A stretch of DNA of 64,000 nucleotides from Balanoglossus misakiensis (Eukaryota; Animalia; Hemichordata). Location: contig CM082584.2 in assembly GCA_040954595.2 (NCBI GenBank), positions 4,034,110 through 4,098,109 of the forward strand, written 5' to 3'. Below are positions 27,333 through 37,932 of the stretch, one piece after another; the stretch's first letter is position 1, and every line of letters begins with the position of its first letter. Under the pieces are notes generated by a model. It was given only the letters and a program-made list of their open reading frames with translations, was not told the origin of the DNA and made no database searches. The position numbers and the translations under genes are program-made.

Positions 27333-27787
27333 TTATAATATACCTCATACTAATACTGTGCCGTGATTCGCCAGAATCCGTCACGTGATAGGAAAATAGA
27401 ATCGACTATGAACCGCTAGGGAAATAGCAGAAAAAATATAAACCGGTCACGTGACCAGCGTGAGTGCGCAGACTCAGTCACGTCAATCAGCGTCGCGTCG
27501 TCTGACACAATGGCCACCGCGGAAGATGTCGTCTGCCAATCTCAAGAGAAAAATGCAAGATTTTCCCAACTGTTAGCATGAGGTTTATTATAAAACACTT
27601 ATAGCCTGGCCTATATTCGGGCCATAGCAGCCGTTTTTACCCCCTCGTGACTGGGAGTTACCAGAATCATATGCTATTTCCCTCGGCCTGCGGCCTCGGG
27701 AAATAGCATATGATTCTGGTAACTCACAGCCCCTCGGGTGTAATAAACGGCCGCTATGGCCCTCATGGCCAGGAAATAGGTGTTCAA
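27333..27787. mobile_element. Non-autonomous insertion with a long internal hairpin (Crypton-like, tentative)
   Basis: Absent from the paralog (~37184). Palindrome GAGTTACCAGAATCATATGCTATTTCCC..GGGAAATAGCATATGATTCTGGTAACTC at 27656-27725; no clear TSD. The family call is inference. Confidence 0.6.
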
Positions 27788-28120
27788 AATAAAACAAATG
27801 TATAATAATTAAGGTATGGACGTTGGAGGCAGCAATCTATCCCATCATCCCCTTTTTTTCCCGTACATGTTTCCAAAACTCTATCCCTATAAAATTTACC
27901 ATCACCGTCGGTCAATAGCCTATTCTGGTCCTCTGTCCCATTCCCGCAACTGGCTGCGCTATGCTAAAAGACCCACGGGTCAGGTATAGACTATTGTTAG
28001 TATGGCTCTTATTGGTCAATAAATACGAACATTGTGATTGGACGAAAGCTATTTCAAACATTACAACATCCAAGTTTGAGTTTGTTTGCCAATCAAAATA
28101 TGCTACAAGTCAAAGCATCG

Positions 28121-28398
28121 TAGTCTGGTCGTCTGCCCCATTGCCACCGCTGGCTTAGCCCGGCGGGCTACCGCTGGCTGTGCAACGCTAAAAGGAAAGG
28201 GGTCAGATACGGGCTGATATCTTGGCCTAAAACCTGGCCAGCATATTAAAATGAAACAAAGATCACGTGATCATAAACAAGATTGATGTCTCAAATGTCC
28301 ATACGCCAATGAGAGCCATGTTTACAAAAGCCTGTGCCTGACCCTTTCCTTTTAGCGTAGCGCAGCCAGCGGTGGGAATGGGGCAGGGGACCAGACTA
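28121..28398. mobile_element. MITE with TAG...CTA termini (Academ-like) at the duplication boundary
   Basis: TIRs TAGTCTGGTC..CTGCCCCATT / AATGGGGCAGGGGACCAGACTA. Second copy at 37555-37805. Confidence 0.7.
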
Positions 28399-28594
28399 CA
28401 CCACCAACACCAAGGACAAACATTCTGTTTGCTTTCGTTGTGTCACTGTTTCATGACATTGTAATAGACTTGTTCAGTCGCAGGTATACACTATATCCAT
28501 CTTCAGCAAAGAATATATGCATGGCGAGGGGAGGGGGGGGGATATTATGGGCGTGTCCCTGCCCAATTCTCCCTTTATATGATTGGACGCTCCA

Positions 28595-28833
28595 CACAGT
28601 GCCATGAAGCGTTTTAGGGACTATGGACAGACTGTCCAAAATGTAGAACACGTCCTGCACACGTGTGACCAACACATCGTATTGTCTGTGACCTACTTTA
28701 CACTATTAAATGTATACTTTGAACCTTGTTGCACAAAACGTGTTACGCATGCGCTGACTGCATTACCAAGGCTGTAGTGAAAGCTTCTCCGGATCTGGTA
28801 CCTGATCGAACAAGGCATCATTTGCCAACTAAG
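28595..28833 (+). promoter_or_regulatory. Putative promoter and non-coding first exon of TRIM-DTC paralog 2
   Basis: AAG/GTAAGG donor at 28834 and an acceptor at 29731, 20 nt before the ATG. The block is conserved in a diverged copy at ~62570-62995, including the donor. Confidence 0.5.
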
Positions 28834-29751
28834 GTAAGGTTTCCCAAGTTGTTCATACATCGCTTATATTGGATGATGGCAGGAAACAATGATGATATCT
28901 TTGTGGTCCGTACAACCTTGAAAATCCCCTCTTTTAAACGAAAGATCTCTACAATACGTTCCGACTGAAACAAAATTTAACAAAAACACTTCCTGGTTCA
29001 GTAAACTTACAACCCAAGAGTAATGGTTGTATTGTTTTTACAAGGTGAATCGCATTCCACTAAATACGGACTATCACAAAACGTATCTCGACAATTTGAT
29101 CAACGACATTATTGTGCAATCAATTTGAAATAATCATATCAAATCAAGAGTAAATACAATTATTTTTTCTGTCCTCATGCGTGTAGATTTTTGAGGTGTT
29201 ATACATGAAAACAGTGTACATGGATATAGGCCATCCCCGCCTAGCATTTTGACCACACAACTTTGACCACAAACATTTACACGATTCGCTCAAATCACAA
29301 TATGTCATGAAATATGAAAGTGAAAGGGCAGTATGTTTACTATACAACTTTTATTTTTTGAATGGACACTTTTTTTAAAGAGATGTGAATCTTGCATGGA
29401 TTATTAGTGTTGTGCGTGCATTTTTTGTCAACCGTTTATCAACATACCTGTCACAAGTTCCAGAAAGAATCGACTCCCTTTAGCCTTAATACCAACGGAT
29501 ACATTTGTACACATTCCATAAAACCGACTTTACAGTAAAGAAAACGATTGTGAAATGGCTAAAGTAGTGATGCTTATGATCCGTAGTCTTTTGACCACAA
29601 AAAAAATAAAAATAATTGTGTACCTCTAAAATCCTGTCCTGCACTAATTGTATGCACTTGTTGTTGATTTTTGTGCATTCCTTGATCACCTGAAAAGTCT
29701 AAAATTTCACCTCAATATTTTCGTTCAATAGATCGTAAACCCTAAGACAAG

Positions 29752-32700
29752 ATGGCCACCGCAAATCCCGGGAAATTGTTTTCACAGCAGTTAATGACCG
29801 ACATCGATGAGAAGATCTTGATTTGTCCAATCTGTCAAGATCGGATGACGAGACCCAAAATTCTACAGTGCGTGCACACCTTCTGTGAGAAATGTCTCCA
29901 AAAATGGGTCAGACAGCGAGGAGGTACCCTCGAATGTCCGACGTGCCGCTTTGTCACTCCGCTTCCCGAAAAGGGGGTCGAAGGTCTCGGTAATAACCTA
30001 TTCATCAACGATATTATCGACATCTTTGACAAGCTGCAACCAACTGCTCCAGATTCGGTGACCTGTGACCTCTGTGACAAAAAAGCCGACAACTGGTGTA
30101 AAGAATGCGCTCAGTTCTTATGTGATGGATGTCGCCTTATTCATCTGAAAACAAGAACCATAAAACATCACAAAGTTTTTACGATGGAAGAGTATAACAA
30201 CATGGCCGAGTCTGGTCGGGATCACCTGATTCGTCCACGATTCTGTGCAGTTCATCAGGACAATCAGCTCAAGTTATTTTGCGACCACTGTCAGAATACA
30301 GTTTGTATTGAGTGTGCAATAATCGGTCATAAAGGCACTGCGCACAACTTGGAATCGCTAGAAGATGCGTCGAAGAAATACACTCCAGAGATGCAAATCC
30401 TGGTCGACAAGTTAGCAACCAAAGTGTCTTCACTCCGCGAAACTCAACAAGAGACAGATAGATTCATCGGAGAATACAACAAAAAGAAGAGCAAGGTGCA
30501 ACAGCAGATCAGACAGAAAGCATCTGACGTCATCAAACGAGTTCACAAAGAAGAACAGCGATTGCTGGATGAAGTGACGGCAATTGATGGAAAGATCATG
30601 AAGGAAGTGCAGGCAAAGGTCGAAAAACTGGAGTTTGATCTCGGCTGTGCTGAAAACATGAATGTCTACTCGCGAAGTCTGCTGCAACACGGCAATGCAG
30701 CTGATATACTTTCCCAGAAGAAAGAACTGATGCAGAGATTGAATGAAATCATAAATGATCGTTCAACAGACCGATACGTCCCCCCACAAAACACCCGCCT
30801 TGTTTTTCAAGAGAACAGCCAGTGCATGCAACTTTCTCTTGGAGAAGTAATCGACCAATCAGAAGTGACACATGCTGCACGTGTCAGCCAATCAGTTGAT
30901 CGACAGATACTACAACAGCAACCTGAGGCAAGGACCAAGAAATCTGCGATTAAAAGAGAAATGACCGACCAATCCGGGGTGTCAAGTATGTCACGTGTCA
31001 GCCAACCAACTGTCGAGAGGAAACAACAAAGACCTAAGACTCTGGCCCAGAAGACTTCTGCTCTTGGAGTTGTTACTGGTAATATGCCAACGGGAACTAT
31101 GGACGACTTCTCTGATAATTATTGGATTTACATTACATATACATTTGCAGATGGAATACAAGGAGTAAGTAGTACAATGAAAACGGTTTGAGCTGCACAG
31201 AAGGAATGTACTGACTATCGATTTGTTTATCAACATAGTCAAAAGAAAACACACTTTTTGCATTCAAGGTTAGACTTGCTCCAAGTCTATAGGCTTAAAT
31301 TTCAGCAAAATTTGTTCTGATTTAATATAGCGTGTGTGGAGTGAACGCATTAAGTTGTGGCATCGCGATAGTGATGAACAGTAACCGAAACTCAGTACCG
31401 AAATTCAACCAAGGCAAACAAACGTATGAAGGGTAATGAGTAAAATTAAGAAATGGGGAACACCTGAATTAGTCAAGCGAATAGTGGGCTAGTCTAATTC
31501 AAGGTGAAGATGAAAAACCACGACTAGACCACAATGCATGCTTTAGTGATAAGAATGTATCACCCTAAACAATCTGTTATCAACTGTAACAATGAAAAAA
31601 ATCACTGGTCTGTACATTTCTTCTGTGCATCTCAAACACCCTTTTTACCGTTGTTGTTGTATATGTTTATGAAATAATGGTTTGGCTAAATGCGTTGCAT
31701 ACCTTTGCAGTCCCAGTTTCTCTGTTTAAGTAAATTTTAAACTGTTCCTGTCTTGTCAATATCAATGTCAATATGGGGTATGATATAGAGGGCTGAAAAG
31801 TGGTCATGTTTAGTCTTGCTGTTTCATTCACACACACACGAACACTTTATCGGCTATTATATCGACTTAGTTAACTTCTTCGCAAATAACATTATTTATT
31901 CTTTTGTCAAACTTGGTATGCTAACAACAGAGATTCGTGTATCAATACAAATTATTCACGCTACATGAATAAGTGTATCGGAAATGTTTCCTTAATGTCA
32001 TCATAAACCTGAAAGTTTTGACAGAAAAAGACAGCCAGCCCATCTTGACTTGATGGCCGAAATCGCACAGAAAACGCCACAATCCATGTGTGGCTACACT
32101 TCATTGTGATGTTGTGATGTTGTCGACTGTCACATTTTGATGATCAAAATGAAAGGAAACAGTCACCTCCCAAAATTGAACCTTCATGATTTCACCTTTT
32201 GTGGAAGGAATCAGATCATAGTTGATATGAATATTTATTCCCCGCAGAATCCAATATTTATTCTTAAAAGTTCAGTTAATAAACGCATCAAACACGAATG
32301 ATAACTCAACGATTGGTGGGGAACTAACCAAAGCCACACGTCTTTCTCACTTTTCAAAATTTGAAATGTTGACGAGCGCAAGTTGTTTGTTTGAGAGATA
32401 AAAATCTGCCGAAGCGCCCTCAACGGCTGTATGTAAGTGTGTGTCTGCCAAGAGAGTAACAAACTCCGTGATCAAGGAAACATGGGTTTATATCTTTCAA
32501 ATTATTCCCTCGGTAAATTTTCCGCCAGATTCCAGTGTGGTAAACAATTATTAATATTTATTACACCTGATACGACATAAATCAGGACAACGTCAAAATG
32601 CTTCACAAGACTTGAATTATTATTTTAATTTTATTATTTTGTTTATTTTATCAATTCAAAAATAACTAAATACATATAAATTTGTAAATAGTTTTTTTTT

Positions 32701-35700
32701 ATAATCAGCCAAATTTTATTGTAGTATGACTAATAAATCATACGTTATTGTTATTATTATTATTATTATTACTATTTATTTTTCATTTCCAAACCCTACA
32801 TCTAATCAAGTATTTGTGTGGTTTAGAATGATGTTTATTGCTTTGAATCCTTTGTCAGAAATATTTCGATTTCGTCATATAATTTTGGTAAAATCTGACA
32901 GCATACTCTACAAATTTAAAGAGTAAATACCAAAACTCCCAAGTCACATGATTTGATGCTGCTTGTGTTGCAGCCTGAACATCCAAACCCTGGACAGCCA
33001 TACAGTGGTGGTGAGTTCAAAGGATTCTTACGGGACGTTGACGAGGGTCGTGAAGTGCTGGGGCTGTTGAGGATTGCATTTGATCGCCGACTGACTTTCA
33101 CCATCGATGGGAAATCAAATAAAGTAGACTGGAATGGCATAACACATGAGCAATATCTGTAAGTTTGATTTCCATTATTGCTATTTCATCACACTGACAC
33201 CCATTTAATTTCAATTAACCAACAATATGTTACTTTTTGGCGATGTGTATCAGAAATTTAAAGGGGTCTTCAATCATGTCAGCTCTTGTTTCCCTGTGTG
33301 GTTTTGATGGCGAACTGGGAGAAAAAACATACATTGTAGGTCATTGGAATAGTTATCCAAATTAAAACAACACCGTTCCGGTGCCAGGAAAAGAGACACG
33401 TAACGTGAAATACATTTCGAGATCTCTATATGGAATGATTTTATGGAAATGCATTGGAATCCAGCCCCTGAAGGTCTAGGTCTCTGCTAGTGACAAAAGT
33501 GTACATACATAGGTTATAGAAAAAAAAACTAAAATTAAAGTATTTTGATCAGTTAGCCAACAAATCAATAATACCTCAAGTCAAAATAGCAACGGCAAAG
33601 AACAGACATGTATTGAAGCTCATTGAACATGTTTGAGCTCACCCGCTGATGGTGATAGTATCTGTGCAGGTAACCATCTTACTTAATTTTCACGTCTTTT
33701 GGTTTCATTGAACTACGCCTCTCGCACCTGAGTGTGTTCCTTGTAATGGGTACTAATGACGTCAATAATCAAGTTATCAGTTCTTTCAAAATATTTAGGG
33801 AATTGAAAATCAAAATCTACATATAGACACATTCTTATGTGACTCTCACTCAGACAGAAATGACTTGTGCACGTACCTATAAAATTGTTGTAATGTTGAT
33901 GAAAGGGATATCGACATGTTTTATTACAAACACATCCATTCGCAAGTAATTGTGTGACTGTCACAACGTTACACGCCAATGTAACTGGTGGTATAAGTCG
34001 AGTGTGCGATATGTCATTTTAGAATACACAACTATAAGCATGTGCAATTTGAATAATCAACCTGCAATCCATTGATTGACACCTAATGGCCATTCCGGTT
34101 CCCCAAAGTGGCTACAAATATTGCAGTGGCATAATTTATTCCAGTAAACGTTTATAAATCCAAGTTGCGTCCAACCCATCCATCATTGAATATCTTCGAT
34201 TCTGCATCTGTCCATTGCAATAAATTGATGCAAATAGAGAACATTAACGTTTCACACGTGACAATTAAGGCTTAAAGCCTCAGTATTTCTCGTAGGGGCA
34301 AAATTTTGTTTGAAACGGCATCTATAATTTCTAAAAGTAGATGATAATTGATACTGAATCGCGCGCGCGCGAACAGTCATCATCCCCAGCTCTGCTCATA
34401 AACTCATACAATTTACAATATAACGAGTGAAGAATGACTTTCTGTCCGGACAGAAAGTCACGTGAGTCAGGCTCCTGTTGACGCACGTGACTAGTGCGCA
34501 TGCGCACTCAAATGTGAATATATGCGGAAGAGGTTTGGTCTCCCCAAATCAAGCGACTCAGCGAAGAAATGCGCACTAATTCGGCGAAATTTTGGGAAGA
34601 TAACTTTATGGGAGAAATCAGTCGATGGAACCAGATCAAATCCGAAAATGGTCTGACCATCAAATGTCAAAGTGGCACGTTTGCTGATCGACATGTACAA
34701 CATTTCCGTTGTAAACAAACCCGCGCATCATTTCAAGTGTTACGGGCAATATTTACAGCTTGCACGTAGCTACAGTTGCCCAAACCTTTCTTCTATCTTC
34801 ATTATGTAGTATTCCATGATGAATGTACGGGAAAAACGGGCATTTTTCGATGATGAAAAATGGATACACACGAGAAATACTGGGGCTTTAAACCAAATAC
34901 CAATTGCCTCTAGTAAAACCTAAATGTATATTTTTGAACGAAACCATGCAGCTTTCGTTCATAGCATACTTTCAACTCATATCGAAGCCGTGGAAATCAT
35001 GGGTACTAGTATATTCTTCTAAAATTGTTATACTTCATACTGTAACACAATTTTGAAATCCCTATAGCTGTACTATGATGCAGATAGAGAACATTAGGGC
35101 TTCTAACGTGACAATCAAACAAATACCAATTGCCAGATGGTAAAACTAACATGTATAGTTTTGATTGAAACCATCTGGCTTTAATACGTTCATGGCGCAC
35201 TTTCGACTCATATCAAAGTCTTGAGAATCATGGGTATATTCTTCAGAATTGTCATATTTCATTTATACTGGGATGGAATTTTGAAATCACTACATGTATT
35301 ATATGGTTGTCGTTTGCATACTTACCCGAGTTAAATATACTATTCCACGTTCATCGGGATCATACAAAATAAACATAATATGTCTAGTTTTCAGTCCAAA
35401 CACAAGACAGAATTGAGGTTTAACAGCTCATTGGACGTTTTGGGATGCTCAAGAAATTGTGTTATTATACAAATTATTTGAACTCAATGCCATGAGACAT
35501 TTGGCAGCTTCATTTGCGCAAATATATCACTAATTTGCTGCACATCATTTTAGAGTTTATAAACAGAGTTGTAAAATTGTCCAAATGCTAAACGTGTTAG
35601 TCAAGAATCTAAGTACAGTTAATGTCATCACATACGAACAGGTATATTAGTGCCAAGTGTGGAATATTATTTCCTTCTATATCATGGACTAGGCATTGGT

Positions 35701-36152
35701 GAGATCCGATTATTAACCCTTTCTGGCCGGATATCCTATATATAGGAGAAATTCGGATACGTTCCCAGAAAGCCAGGCTTGAAAGATTTAAGTGAGGTGT
35801 TATTTTTATCATGTCACTTTTAGGGTATAACTTCCTTCACAGAAGAGCACAATGCTGTATTTTTGTTATAAAACTTTGTTCTGTACTGTAGTTGTGTATA
35901 TTTGACATCTTCGTTTAATTTAATAAATTTTAGCTGTTGGCAACCAACAGTGGTTTGGCGTCACGGACCGTCAAAATTATTATGAGCTGCACAACGCGTA
36001 TCACACACTTGTGGGAGTGAAATCATTTCGTGCACAGTAATGGGAAAACTAATACATGTAATTCTACACATTTATATTTATCCAGGTTTTGTTACTGGCC
36101 ACCTTATTATGCAGAAGTGAAGAAAGAATTGGCTGCAAAAGGAGTGGTGTAA
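29752..36152 (+). CDS. TRIM (RING-Bbox1-Bbox2-coiled coil) protein with a C-terminal Deltex DTC domain, ~554 aa; exons 29752-31164, 32974-33158, 36086-36152
   Basis: RING CPIC..C.H.FC..C..CPTC; B-box1 CDLC..CKEC...CDGC...H......H; B-box2 CAVH...CDHC...CIEC....H...H; helical coiled coil; then TGNMPTGTM..ITYTFADGIQG/PEHPNPG..AFDRRLTFTI..WNGITH..KKELAAKGVV. GT-AG introns with consistent phases (0, 2). Confidence 0.9.
34276..34887. mobile_element. Kolobok-like MITE with TTAA TSD
   Basis: TTAA-AGCCTCAGTATTTCTCGT...ACGAGAAATACTGGGGCT-TTAA. The paralog has a single TTAA (GGCTTAAACC, ~1582). Confidence 0.8.
35717..35787. mobile_element. Tiny piggyBac-like MITE with TTAA TSD
   Basis: TTAA-CCCTTTC...GAAAGAT-TTAA, absent from the paralog (~25636). 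Similar CCCTTTC-ended MITEs at ~38441-38527 and ~48670-48726. Confidence 0.65.
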
Positions 36153-37554
36153 ATGTCAAGACGCCCTCATAACGTGGTTGTAGCCACCACATGGAATGCA
36201 TAATGAGAAAGACCTCAAGTGAATGTCAAGTACTCCGTGACGAATAGTCATTCTCTCTCAAATTATTTGGAGTTTTAGAAATATTTTATTGTATTATACA
36301 GAATAAGATTTGGTAAAGGAAAGCTAGTGTAGAATAGGATTTTGTCAAGAAAAATGTTGAAGATATGGATTACTCTGTGTGTAGTCATGGTATATTTCAA
36401 GTACAGAATTATCGCTGATCTGGTTCAGTTCATTTGGGATAATTGCATAGTAATAAACTCTATAAAACTCTCAGCACAGTACATGTAGCCTACACACTCG
36501 ACATTTGGTCAGAAATACCACATATAAATCCCCAAGTACAACGAATACTAATTGTTTTTTACTCATTGATTTAATATAAAAGAAGTTCATTTTTCTTATA
36601 CTTAGCACTCAAATCTAATTCTTGAATATATCCAAGTTATTTTACACAGTGAATGGGGTTTTAACACATTACTACACCGAATATAGATTTGAAAGCCATG
36701 TCAATTTTTGCACAAATAATTCTGAAGATTTTTAAATTCCATCAACCAGAATGATATCAATTTATCACATGATAATACGGTTTCTTGAATATAGTCTAAC
36801 AAGTAATTTTTTTAATCAATTATGTACATAAAATTTGTAACATGGGAAATAAATTACCAATAAAAACCAATACTCATGGCTTTGTTACATCTGTAAATCT
36901 AATAAAGCTATTGTCTCCAAAGTTTTCATCTCAGCCACACATCCTTACAAGAGGAAAAACTCAATTGCTCAGTGATTCGTTGTATACTTTTGAAGAAATA
37001 ACAAAAGTTTTAATACATCTCTATTATGCATACACTTTTATTTTTCATCCCCTAATTTCCCAGTCGTACTTCTGCATTTAGTTAACGTCGGATCCTATGT
37101 CTCTTGCTAATAATCTGTTCTGAACCTCTAGGCTAACACGTATCTAACTTTATATCAAGCTAGAAACGGAAGTGATATTCTGTTAAATAAAACAAATGTG
37201 TAATAAGGTATGGACGTTCATATCCGATCATCCCCTTTTTTCCCGTACATGTTTCCAAAACTCTATCCCTATAAAATTTACCATCACCAGCAGTCAATAG
37301 CCTTGTCTGGTCCTCTGCCCCATTCCCGCCACTGGCTGCGCTACGCTAAAAGACCCAAGGGTCAGGTAATTGGACTATTGTTAATATGGCTCTTATTGGT
37401 TAATAAATACGAACATTGTGATTGGAGGAAAGCTATTTCAAACATTATAACCTCGAGGTTTGAGTTTGTTTGCCAATCAAAATCTGCTTTGGTGAAGTTG
37501 ATTGAGAAACACTCCTTATCAAACTATGGAGTATGGTTACAAGTCAAAGCATCG

Positions 37555-37805
37555 TAGTCTGGTCCCCTGCCCCATTCCCTTCGCTGGCTGCACTACGCTA
37601 AAGGGAAAGGGGACCCAACCTGCCATCTTGTCCAAAAACCTGGCCAGCATATTATAATGAAACAAAGACCATGTGATCATAAACAAGATGGATGCCTCCA
37701 ATGTCCATACGCCAATGAGAGCCATGTTTACAAAAGCCTGTGCCTGACCCTTTCCTTTAGCATAGCACACTGCCAGTGGTGGGAATGGGGCAGGGGACCA
37801 GACTA
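37555..37805. mobile_element. Academ-like MITE, second copy, at the end of the duplicated block
   Basis: TAGTCTGGTCCCCTGCCCCATTCCC / GGGAATGGGGCAGGGGACCAGACTA. Confidence 0.7.
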
Positions 37806-37932
37806 TAGTCACATAACAGCTTGTCTGTGTGCGCATTTACACACTCTCAATCCCCCACTCCCAGTGGCCAGGAGTGTGATATAGAAACCACATCCAAAAC
37901 AACTTAGGTACTTTTCTGTTCTTATTTTTTAG

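Larger units (their letters stand above)
32759..37806 (+). repeat. Segmental duplication: paralog of 91-1857 + 25078-28398
   Basis: Introns, exons and 3' flank are colinear and highly similar, differing mainly by copy-specific TE insertions. Confidence 0.92.

Noticed and set aside
31165-31191. Stop at 31191 as the true end of a single-exon 479-aa TRIM
   Set aside because: A GTAAGT donor at 31165 falls right after the DTC motif GIQG and joins in frame to PEHPNPG at 32974.
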